Origin: Neoconidiobolus thromboides FSU 785
Taxonomy: Eukaryota; Fungi; Entomophthoromycota
Length of the DNA stretch: 44,381 nt
NCBI GenBank assembly: GCA_025603075.1
Contig: MU626420.1
Location: forward strand, 1 to 44,381
Reading direction: 5' to 3'
Below the pieces are notes generated by a model. The model saw only the letters and a list, made by a program, of their open reading frames with translations, had not been told where the DNA came from and made no database searches. A program made the position numbers and the translations under genes. Below, one piece after another: positions 12,540-23,714 of this stretch. How positions within the stretch are numbered: position 1 is the stretch's first letter; every line of letters begins with the position of its first letter.

Positions 12540-14992
12540 CACTCACATTTTAAATTTTAACTACTCAGCTCTTTTATAAATATCTTCTCCAATTTTATTG
12601 CATTTGCATTTTAAAATTATTATACTAATAAAAGTTTTTCTCTTTTTACTGAAGCTGTAACTTTGCTAAACAATATATTAGACAAATTCTTTATTTGCAT
12701 ATTTCCCTTTGTAGAATTTCTAATTATATTGTATAGTGAATATAGTATTACAGATATTTGTGATAGAATGATACATTTACATTTTTATTCTATAATACAT
12801 TATTGGCCTGATTACAGCTTTAATTAATTATAAACGATCTTTAATTTCCAATTTAAAACCAATATAATTAATCATTCAAAAAATATTAAATGCAATATCC
12901 TAATAAATAAAGAAACGATTCCACATTTAAAGGGCGGGAGCAAAAGTACTATTTTAAAAAACATAATTTTTGTATAATATAAATATTTAAATAATATTAT
13001 AAATCTTATCTCCATTTTTTAAAGAGGTTTAGGGGTTAATAAAAAGATAATCATCAGTCGGTAACTGTTAATAATAATGCATGCACCTTTGTATACTGTT
13101 CCGTGAATTATACAAGAATAACTAGATAATTAAACAAGTAAATATTTTAAACAGTTGCTTCATTGAAGATTATATTATGAGCAGCAATAATTAGTCTATT
13201 GAATATGAAGTCTATAATACTATTCCTACTAATTAAAAATAATGTTAATTATAAAGCCTGTATTGAATTAGAATATAAATATATATAAAAATGGTTTATA
13301 ATATATATTATTTGATGCGTTTAAACGAGTATTATTCATAACCATCTCTATTTAATTCCTATAGCTAATTAACTTATTTTTATACCTTACCAAACATAAG
13401 CTAAATTAAGCAAGTTTAAAAATTAAAACTAAATTAGTCTATTTACTTTTTTAAGGTTAATTTTACACCATGTTTTTTGACTTAGTGAACTATTCCTTTT
13501 GGAATATTCTCCATTCTTATTAAAAATGGTGTTTTTACCAAATAGTACTACCACATATTTAATATTAAGTGGAATTGTACTCAAAAGGCTTCGATGAGGT
13601 AGTTGAGTACTTTTTTACCTATAAGTAATAAGCTACAACCACGAAATATAATCAATTAATAGATGTTTAGTTTTTCTAATAATTATTTAGCACTCTAATT
13701 GTCTCTCGAATTTGCATTTATTGCTTAGTATGATTTCGGCTATTCTCTTTATCCCGAAATTTCAAATATTGTTTTATAATAATATTAGGTGGAATAATTG
13801 AACAAAAGGAATATATCACAAGCTGTAATAGATATTTTGTATCACAAATTATAGATTTATTTAAAGCTTCGTTTTTAAAATATATACCAAAAGGAATTAG
13901 CTATGAAGAACTTGAGTATATTAATACTTCTTGTACTTTTCTAAACATTTGTACTTTATATGAACGAGTTTAAAAACCACTTTAAAACTAGAATTATTTT
14001 TTTCCAGTTTTTGATTTAGGTTCAAAGCTTGTAAATATATTACTAAGTGAGAAAATAATAAGGGGATATGTTTTTCTTATTCTTTCCATTTCTCAAGTAG
14101 TTTAAAATCTAAAAAGTGGGGATGTTTTTTTACTAACTGTCCTTTTTCATTATTTTTTAAATTTAGAATTAACCAGTATGCTGTTCAAGTTTAGATGTGT
14201 ACTAGCTAACTGCTCATTTTAAAGTAAAAGCTAAATTAACAAACCCAAACTACGATTATTGAACAAATATTGGCTATAAATTTTGTTTTCCATCACTATG
14301 TGAGCTTAAACACTTGCATTAATTTACTAACTTTTAGATTTTGAAAAATAACAAGAGTAATAGTAAGAAATACTCTAATATTAATTTCTTTAACGGAAAA
14401 CATGCTTTTATTTTCTTAGTACAACTACTACAGCTCTTTTGTGACTTGTTTAGCATCTTATTCAAGGAAAAAAATATTAAAAATTTGCTTAAAATAATGA
14501 TCTGAGGTTAAAAACAGTTATAAATAACCTAATTATAAATACTACCGCTAAAAAGTCATAAAAGAGCTGCAACATCTTTATTTATACTCAATCTGTCTTC
14601 TTACAATATGAAGTCGGAAAATAGTTGAACCTGGGTTTAGATCAACCCAACATACACCCAATTTATATAATATACAAGGATGGATCGAAAAATTTGTATA
14701 ATAAAAGGGCTATAGATGTTTTTTTAAATCTTGTAAAGCGAAATTAAAGATGTCATGCGTAAAATTTTCTGTATTAATATATAATATGTACTAGAAATTA
14801 AAACATATATTAAGTTTTATATTTACTAGATACTGATCTCATTAAGACATACCCAAACCTCAGGGGATATGCTTTGATGCTCATCATTTTTCAAGAGCTG
14901 AAAAGTTGTGAATAAAATATTATTAAAAATGGTTGCTTCCTTTGACTACACCTTAGAAATGAGCAACCTAATTAATTTGAACTCTGACATAG

Positions 14993-15088
14993 GAGGATAT
15001 GTTTTTTGTTTAAAAACCTTACTAACAATTATTTTATTTAAATAATACTTGAAAAACGGAAAGGGTGATGGAATAAAAAAACATTTGC
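14993..15088 (-). mobile_element. MITE copy (older member of head-to-tail dimer)
   Basis: Diverged family copy ending ACATTTGC. Shares ATAT 15089-15092 with the next copy. Confidence 0.7.
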
Positions 15089-15092
15089 ATAT

Positions 15093-15188
15093 GGGGATGT
15101 TTTACGTTTAAGGATTTTACTAAGAATTTTTCCGCTCAAATAGTGTTTAAAAGATGGAAAAAGTAATGAAGCCAAAAAAAACACTCCC
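15093..15188 (-). mobile_element. ~97-bp MITE copy
   Basis: GGGGATGT...ACACTCCC, ATAT/ATAT TSD. Confidence 0.9.
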
Positions 15189-16967
15189 ATATGTTATATT
15201 TATGACACCTAGGATAAAATCGTGCAAAAAACTCTAGCCTAACATAACTTCAAATGTTTTGTTCACAAACATTTTGACCTCTCTTTATATAATTACATAT
15301 GTATTATACTAGTTGAATCCATGTAATTTGTCTTACAAAATTAGAGCATTTTTATAGTTGTAAAACTAAGGGTTTTTAGACTATAATTTCGTATGAGACT
15401 TCATCTAGTATACACTGCCTATATCTAAAAGGCTAGTCTTTTCTAAAATCTTGAAAGATAAATACCCGAAATACCTTGATTCAATAAAAGGCTTCTATTT
15501 ATAATTGAATTGGTAATATAAGGAAATTACATAGTTTTATATTGTGTTAGAATAAATTGTCATGGTTTTTTTTAAATAGAACACTATATTTCATTTCAAA
15601 ATCCTCAGTTTTTTAACCAATAACTTTTTTGCATTTTTTTAAATGTCTTAGGACGTAAGATTCTTATTACAAGATAACAAATCCAAAGGATTTTAAGCCT
15701 ATGGCTTTTATTTTATTGAAAATTCTTAAAATAAAATTTAATATAAACTGGCAAAACAGCTCTCTATATATCTGTTTCCTAGATTATGTACTAGCTTTGA
15801 TATGTAAAAAAGTAGACGCTATAAAAGAATAAAATTGTACTAAAATTGAATCTAAACATAAATTTAAATAAATAAAATGTGTATTTATCTAACAGTTTAA
15901 ATAGAAACGTAACAAAGGGAATTTGAAACAAAATCTAAGGCTTAATAGTACATAAAGGGTTAAGTTCAACATCATTATATTTATTTTAACCACATCATTT
16001 ACATTAAAACTTACTGTTCAAATCGGTTAGGTGTTATTTTGAAGAATACAAATTTCCTATTAAAAGTTGGCAGTATTTTTTGTGAATAAAACTATATTGA
16101 TAATTTTGTTTTGATTAAGATCGATGGGTTGAGTTTAAAATAAAATTCAGACTTTGTACACTTTAAAGCAGAAAAACTCAGAGTATTATTTTAACTATAA
16201 TTATAATAGAGTGATTTTATTTCTTTTACATTAAGAGCCATAAGTTTTATATAATCAAACTGTTTGGCAATGATTAATATTAGTTCTGATATTCTATTTA
16301 TTTATAAATGTTTTAAATCCTATAAAATAGTTGTAGGATTAATACATTAAAGTAAATTGCCAGCATGGTAATTAATAAAATTTACGCTATATATTTATTT
16401 ATTTAGAAATTAAGTTTTAATAAAGTTAATAGAGATATAATAAATTAAAATCATTTGTTTATTTATTTATTTATTCAAACTATAGTTAGTCTTGTAAAAT
16501 TCACTATTTAACCTAGTTTGATTTCTCCATACTTCTCTTAGTTAAATAAGTATGGAATAAAATTCTCATTAACTATTTTTGAACTCATTTGACTTTTTAC
16601 TCGAATTAACGTACACAAGAACTAGTACACCTTCAATTAATGCAGGTCAAAATTTACTGTAAGCTGCTTTTTATATTTATAGTAACTGGTTTATCAACTT
16701 ATGACATTTAATTTTAATCTAAAAAATACCTAATTTTTTCCTTATTTTATTTTTAAAATCAGGCCTTGAGTTACCCCTATTTAAAAAAATCACCAACCAA
16801 AATTTAAACTTTCTTTAAACGTTGCATTGTAGTGTGAATTTAGTAGATATGTATTTTCATTTTTTGAAAAAAAGTATAAATACAATCACAAAATAGTAAA
16901 TGTATTTTACAAAACTTTATTATAGCTTCAATTTTTATTCTTTTACATTTATTATTGATATCATAAT

Positions 16968-17609
16968 ATGTACTCTCATAAATTAAATAACAGTATTGAT
17001 CATTCGTTTAATAAGCGTCATCAACCAGAAAATATAAATTGTACACTTAACAAAAACATTCCAAACATGATATCTAATAACTCCCAATATGAAAAACCTA
17101 AGGTTAGCTTACCATCTCTTAGTGAAACGCTTCCTGAATATTTTGATAGATTCAATCATCAATCAAAAGGATATTCTGCATCATCCACTCCAAATTCCGA
17201 AACTTTACCTTCTTTAAACACTCTTCCAATATTCCATTCAAATTTGAGATGTAATCCTTATCATCATACCAATCAAAGAGAAGTAGACTCATTTACAGCT
17301 TTGGATGAAAGAGATAAAAAACCAAGGATAAGAAGAAGATACGAAGAGGTCGAGCGTTTATATCATTGTGTTTATCCAGGATGTCATAAATCTTATGGCG
17401 CTCTTAATCATCTCAATTCGCATATCGTAACTAAAGGTCATGGGCCAAAAAGAACCCCACATGATTTTCAAGATTTACGTCGGATGTTAAAACTCAGAGA
17501 AGAAGGTCATTATTTTAACTTGACACAATTCCAAGAGCCTCCAAATAGAGTGTTTTTTAACAATAATCAAATCTACCAAAGGTTACAAAATCCATCACAT
17601 TACTTTTAA
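16968..17609 (+). CDS. CON7: Con7-like single C2H2 zinc-finger transcription factor, paralog 3 (213 aa, intronless)
   Basis: RRRYEEVERLYHCVYPGCHKSYGALNHLNSHIVTKGHGPKRTPHDF, plus two LPSL motifs. TATAAA about 90 bp upstream. Confidence 0.85.
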   Translation: MYSHKLNNSIDHSFNKRHQPENINCTLNKNIPNMISNNSQYEKPKVSLPSLSETLPEYFDRFNHQSKGYSASSTPNSETLPSLNTLPIFHSNLRCNPYHHTNQREVDSFTALDERDKKPRIRRRYEEVERLYHCVYPGCHKSYGALNHLNSHIVTKGHGPKRTPHDFQDLRRMLKLREEGHYFNLTQFQEPPNRVFFNNNQIYQRLQNPSHYF

Positions 17610-19159
17610 ATAGATCTTGCAATATATCAAATTAAAAACGCTATATGCTTATAAAATCTCCTTTGGTCCTTTCTGTTATGATTATAATTGTAATCACTAT
17701 AATTCTATTAAAAACTAATTTTAAACTAATAATTTGTTAACTTTTTTAAATAAAATTTACAATTATGGCTTATATTTATTTCCTCTAACTTAAAGAATCT
17801 TTAATACAAAGTCTTTTGTGATTACCTTAAAGCTGCTTACATAGCTGAGTTATTTATGTATAAGTTATAAGAATATATTTCATATATTAATCATACCATT
17901 TTTATAAATAACTAGAATGGTTAGAGTGTTTAGTTTAAGGTCGTAACTTTTAATGTTATTATATCTCTTTAGTTTATGCATTCCCAATTCATTGAGTTTA
18001 TAAGTTAAATAAATCATCAAGTTGTGATAACGTTAGTATCACATTACGATTCCAAGTTTGAAAAAACAACCAATCATACAATTTTTTCTAATTATAGTTT
18101 TTTAGTGATGTAAATTTAAACTTATTAAAATTTTATACTTTACTTTAATAAAGATATTACTCCTTTTTTCTCCTTATTTTTTATTTATTAACTTAAACTA
18201 GCACACTAAGTTTAAATTAAAACTTTAGAAGGGGTACACCCATCATGATATCGATAGCAGCCTATAACAAATATTGATATTAGTTGCTTTCACCCATATA
18301 ATGCTAATATTCAATCTTTTTCCTGTTCATTCTGGATTTTAATATAAATAAAGAGATTTAAATCATTTTATTTCTGAAACTTTTATCCTAAAACCATTAC
18401 TGATAAGAAAAATAGTTATAGATAAAACTACTATATTGAAATTAAACTCAGGTGTTACCACAAACTAAAAATATTTATCATAAACATCAATTTATAAAAT
18501 CCACTCTCAGTACTAGTTCAAGTATTTATAGCACTTTTTATTTAAAAAATCGAAAAACGAAAAACTTAAGGCTCCATTAAGGCCAAGACAAAATAACAGC
18601 AAAGGGCAATAACCACTACTAGGAGTTAATATATTTGGTTTGATACAAATAAAAAGACACTATGGTATTCAAGCTATTGCTACTACTTTAAAGTAGCTAT
18701 TTGTGGTAATTTCTAAATTTAGAAGAAAGTTCCTACAAAAAAGGTTTTTTAAATTATTAAAGTTAATTTTTTTTGGAAAGGTTGTATAATTTTCATAGAG
18801 TTTATTTCTATAAAGGAATAATTTTAATAACAGTGTGGAAATTGTATAAAAATCTAATTGTTTTTTTAACGATTATTATCATTGAGTTGTGTGATTTTCA
18901 CCTATTAAAAAAGGGGTGCTTTTTTGATTGATTGATTTTTTTTAAATCCATGAGTGTTTACTTTTGTTTTGATTTTTATCTTTATAAGTTTGTATTTAGC
19001 TAAAGTAAACTAACAAAACACATGGCTGTTTTATGACACTATTTCTTTTTTTTTGCTTATATAACACTCACTTTGATAGAGATTTTTTTATGAGTGAGTA
19101 TGACTTATATAGATAGCCAGATATAAAACAGAAAATTCAGATCTTCAAGTCTATTATTT

Positions 19160-19255
19160 GGGGATGTAGTTCTGTATTTAAGAATTTTACTAACAATTTT
19201 TCCACTCGAATAATGCTTAAAAGATGGAAGAAGTAATGAAGCCAAAAACATCCCC
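19160..19255 (-). mobile_element. ~97-bp MITE copy
   Basis: GGGGATGT...ACATCCCC with ATTT/ATTT flanks, which fixes the TSD length at 4. Confidence 0.9.
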
Positions 19256-19955
19256 ATTTGTAGATGTATTAAAATGTTTGGAGAAAAACTCTTTTTTAGC
19301 ATACTAATATAGCTTAATATAACGGATAACTAAAATGTATAAGACTCATACTGGGCTTATAGTATTTCTATAAATAAAAATAGATCAAAATAATGCTTAA
19401 TAGGAATCACATGCTATTGCATAGGTACTAAACTATACAAAATAAACTACTCTTAAATTCATGTAAATAGAATCCGAGTGTAAATACAAATACGTATTAA
19501 AATTTAAGTGAAGGCTTGGGATAAGAAACTCAAAGAAATCAGATTGATAGTTTAATAATTTAATTCATAAAAGCTATCTAAACAATTCATTACATATATA
19601 TTCAAAATGAGCACAATTTCTTGACGCCAATTTATATTACAATGCTTGTAAGTGTAATGTAAATTCATCTTTTCTGTTAATTTTTATAACTAGTTATTTG
19701 AAATATAAATACTTAATCCTGCAACACTTTGAATCAAAATTTGTATTATCTTTAAGTTATTCAAGGGTATCTTTCTGTTTGTATAGCAAACTTTAGTAAG
19801 AATCACGGTATAAAGCAAGTATTAAATAAAGTTTATAAACTAAGACTTTGTTAAACTAAAAGCAGGATTATTAGTATAGACAATAAAAAAACTAGCTTAA
19901 TTTTTTACACTAAAATATATGCTTAAGCTTTACTCCAGACCTACAAACATCATAT

Positions 19956-20054
19956 GAGGATGTTTTTTTTGGCTTCACTACCTCTTCCATCCTTTAAGCA
20001 CTATTTGAGCGTAAATTTTATTGGTAAAATTCTTAAGCAAAAGAATATATCCTC
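19956..20054 (+). mobile_element. ~97-bp MITE copy (first of dimer)
   Basis: GAGGATGT...ATATCCTC, ATAT on both sides. Confidence 0.85.
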
Positions 20055-20058
20055 ATAT

Positions 20059-20157
20059 GGAGATGTATTTTTTAATTTTATCACACTTTTTCCATCTTTT
20101 AAGCGTTGTTTGAGTGGAAAATTGTTAGTAAATTCTTAAACAAAAAGATACATTTCC
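20059..20157 (+). mobile_element. ~97-bp MITE copy (second of dimer)
   Basis: GGAGATGT...ACATTTCC, ATAT on both sides. The left ATAT is shared with the previous copy. Confidence 0.85.
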
Positions 20158-20196
20158 ATATATACCTTTTTCCAAAGTGCACAAGTCATGAAACAT

Positions 20197-20361
20197 ATTT
20201 CATTTAGATGTGAATTGGATCAATTTAAATCTTGAGCTTTTCATTTAGGCTATGCTCAAAATTGAATATTCCATTAGAATAGCTTCAATCTCAATTTTTA
20301 ATCTTGGCATAAATGAAAAAACTCAAAATTTAAATTGATCCAATTCACATCTAAATGAAAT
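20197..20361. repeat. 165-bp fold-back with ~51-bp inverted arms (possible second MITE family)
   Basis: ATTTCATTTAGATGTGAATTGGATCAATTTAAAT (34 bp) is perfectly inverted at 20328-20361. The match continues imperfectly for about 17 bp. Confidence 0.8.
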
Positions 20362-20957
20362 CTTTTCTTATTTTTTAAACTACCTACATATAACTGAAAA
20401 AGGATGGATCGAATTAAAAAATGGATCAATTTTGATAAAGATACAGTTTAACGACTCTTTATAAAGATGTCAGGGGTTTATGAATATTTCTACGTTACAG
20501 TTTAATACCAAAGCTATCACACATATATAGTTATCCCAAAGTTCCAATGCATATATAAAGGGTGATTAAATACAATTTTGAAATTTTGATCCATCTTCCT
20601 TTAATTCGAATTCATCATTTTCGGATTATCTCCAGACGGTTGTAAAAATTATGACTCAAACATTCCAGAAAAAGGTCCAATGTATTTTTCAAAATTTGCT
20701 TGTATGTGATAGAGCATTCTCGTATAGCTAGTATCCTTAAAAATGATAGTATAGCTGAGCAACTTGAGAAAAGTTTAAACAGCAATATACCAGCATTTCT
20801 AACAAAATCTTATAAAAACTAATATTAAATAATATATATATAAGGATATCTAACCAACATTTGAACAATTGATCAAAATCCAATAAAATACAGAGTACTT
20901 TTGTTTTTTTTTGTTTTTGTTTTTGCTTTTATTTTTCACTTTTATTTTTTATTAAAT

Positions 20958-21154
20958 GGGGATTATATTTTTTTGATCAAGAATTTTACTAACGGTTTTT
21001 CTACTCAAATAATGGGGTGTTTTTTTGACTTCGTTGTTTTTTACATTTTTTAAGCGCTATTTGAGCAGAAAAATTGTAAAATTCTTGAACACAAAAATAC
21101 ATCCCTTAATGCTTAAAAGAGCAAAAAAGTGATGAAGTCAAAAAAAACAGTCTC
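20958..21154 (-). mobile_element. MITE copy interrupted by a nested copy
   Basis: Family sequence stops at ..CTCAAATAAT (21013) and resumes at GCTTAAAAGAG (21111). Flanks AAAT/AAAC. Confidence 0.85.
21014..21106 (+). mobile_element. Nested MITE copy
   Basis: GGGGTGTT...ACATCCCT with TAAT/TAAT duplication of host-element sequence. Confidence 0.9.
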
Positions 21155-21981
21155 AAACACTTCTATACGAACTTGTTTATATATTTTAACTTCAATAATA
21201 ATTTTGGAATTTTGTTGAGAATAGTTAAAAAATATGAAAAGATTTAGATGGTAATCTATTATATCATTGTCTTTAGGGATAACTATACTAAGATGTGATA
21301 ATTACACATTTTTAAAGATTAATCTTTATCCTTAAAATATGTGTAGAAAATTGATATATTTTAGTGGGAAAAAGTAAAATCAAAATAATAATTTTAAGCT
21401 AATATCTTTAAATGTGGGGGGGTATTGGGTCGAAACAAGGTAAGAATTTAAAATATCAAAATCTAACTATGTAAATATTTAAAAGTATGTTTTTTAAAAT
21501 GCGCTTGAATAGGGTTTAGACTTTTATATTAAGACAACAAAAGTTGAGTTAAAAATAATACCCCGATTTAGCGGGTTGCTTTTCTGTTTTTAGTTGGAGT
21601 ACGGGATTTCAGCTCTCTAGTCTAGGATCAAAATACAACGATAAGGTGTAGATACCACAAAAAATACTTATATAGCATCTACAAAAATAAGTTTTTATAC
21701 TTGATTAATCCGTTTTATCCTATAGCTTTGTATTATAACTATTAACCTGGATTAATTACTACCTTATATATTAAAGCTATCTCAATATATTTATAGAACT
21801 GATCTATATTGTTTTTTTTAACTGTGAAATACAAATATCTATTGGCATGTTTTTAACGAAGTTGAATTAAATATATCAACACGTTATATTACTGAGGATG
21901 TTTTTTAGGAAAATTTAAGGTCAGTCTATTGTTATATTTTAACACTATCAAATGTTCAGAGACCATATTTATTTTAACATT

Positions 21982-22077
21982 GGGGACGTATTTTTTTGTA
22001 AGAATTTTACTAACAATCTTTCCACTCAAATAGCATTTAAAAAACGGAGAAAGTAATGAAATCAAAAAAACATTCCC
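21982..22077 (-). mobile_element. ~97-bp MITE copy
   Basis: Family core intact. Flanks CATT/ATTT are not a clean TSD. Confidence 0.8.
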
Positions 22078-22341
22078 ATTTTTACTATTTTTTGACTGTT
22101 TTATCTAGGTTTAAATTTATTTTATATAGTTGTCTAAAATTTTTATTTAAATTTTCAAACTATTATACTAATATGTATAATATCATCATTTGTATAAACT
22201 AGTTATAAATTATTATTTGCATTCTAAAAAAACATTGTTATATACTGAAATCCAGTATAAATGATATATATACTAAAATGTATTAATCATTGATATTTAT
22301 ATATGTTTCCTAAATTAAATAAATACTAATCATTATTTAAT

Positions 22342-22439
22342 GGGGATGTATTTATGTGTTTAAGAATTTTACTAATAATTTTTCCACTCAAATGCGCTTA
22401 AAAGATAGAAAAAATAATGAAGCCAAAAAAAACATCCCC
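22342..22439 (-). mobile_element. ~97-bp MITE copy
   Basis: GGGGATGT...ACATCCCC. Flanks TAAT/TAAC. Confidence 0.85.
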
Positions 22440-22656
22440 TAACTATAGTTAGTTTTTTATAAATATATGATAAATACATGATAAATACATCAAAAGCTCA
22501 AACATTTATGATAGGCCTCTATTAATATGAGATATTCAAATTTCAACGATTTTTATCATCTGATTTATGTGAATATAAAACAAACGCTACAATACAACAT
22601 TTTAGTTTATAAAATTATAACAAACTGTTGAATCCAAAAAACTATAAAGGCTATAC

Positions 22657-22749
22657 AGGGATGTTTTTTTGTTTAAGAATTTTAATAACCTTCCTGCTCA
22701 AATAGCACTTGAAAAATGAAAAAAGTGATGAAATCAAGAAAACATCCCC
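22657..22749 (-). mobile_element. ~97-bp MITE copy
   Basis: AGGGATGT...ACATCCCC. Flanks ATAC/ATAT. Confidence 0.8.
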
Positions 22750-22853
22750 ATATAATATTCATGTATTTTGAGTACTTACCAGTGATACAATTCAATTTTA
22801 TTGAAATAAAATAATCAATTAAATAATATTTATAATAATATTTTAATGTTGAT

Positions 22854-23480
22854 CTATTCCTTACAGTTACTCTTCTCTCCTTTAATGAGTTCTTTTATTG
22901 CTTTCTTATCCCTACTAAACCTGAGCTGATCCTTCCCAAGCTCCCTGAAAGTTGAATCAACCATCTGGTCGGTTTGCTGGAAAGGCATAAATGTTCTTTT
23001 TTCCTTTAGCACAGTGCTTTTTTTTTTCTCTACCCAAAATAAATCTCTTCGCCGCCACTTCTTTTAGTATTCCACCTTCACCAGCTTCTAATCTTTTTCC
23101 TGGAAGACTTTTCTTTTAAACCACACAGTTTTGGTTATCCATGGCATTCGCACTTTATCCTTCATATTTAGATCGTAATCTATTGCCCCGCTTCTTGTAG
23201 TTCAATTATTATTGGGTCAATTTTCTGATCTCCTCAATCATCCCACACTATAATCCCTTTTGGCCCATTGTCTTTATGTTCCATCCCACTTTACCATGGA
23301 TGCAAATAACTGGTAGTCGAAGACTTGTAGTTTTTTTTCATCATTCGAAAGCCAGGTCTAACGACTCAAATTTTGAGCCCTCCATTCTTCTTATCAAATA
23401 TCTACCTAACTCTATAGTCGTTGAAATCTTATTTTTGTTTAAAAATAGTTCTGATTTTGTCTTCATCCCTTTTAAGTTAT
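22854..23480 (-). pseudogene. Decayed coding-like relic of unknown origin (possible retroelement fragment)
   Basis: Purine/G-rich minus strand, unlike its flanks. One frame reads ..QVFDYQLFASMVKWDGT*RQWAKRDYSVG*LRRSEN*..DKVRMPWITKTVWFKRKVFQEKD*..KKWRRRDLFW.. with scattered stops. Confidence 0.3.
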
Positions 23481-23714
23481 ACACTTCCTTTTTTATTTTT
23501 ATTTAAATAAACTCCTGAAGTTTAAACTTGGATTTTTAATATAAAAAAACTAGCTATACGCCAAACTTTAAAAATTTAAATGCTATTAAAATCAATTATT
23601 AAATATACCAAACCTTTAATCAAATGAATCCTTTTAATATATAATTAAAACTTTAAAAATAGTTATATGGATTGATAAATCCGGTTAATTTTGTTTATAA
23701 AAGCTTTTTGACTT

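Noticed and set aside
13734-13973. 80-codon stop-free frame (..GGIIEQKEYITSCNRYF..LYERV*) after a possible AG acceptor at 13787-13788
   Set aside because: No ATG, no convincing upstream exon and no recognisable motif. Frames of similar length arise by chance in this window.
14062-14150. Two GGGGAT(A/G)TGTTTTT MITE-end-like fragments
   Set aside because: No matching opposite ends or TSD. Probably decayed pieces, so not counted as copies.
14993-22749. CRISPR-like or REP-like interpretation of the recurring ~97-bp repeat
   Set aside because: Copies are dispersed, occur in both orientations, carry TIRs and TSDs, and lack regular unique spacers. The context is eukaryotic.
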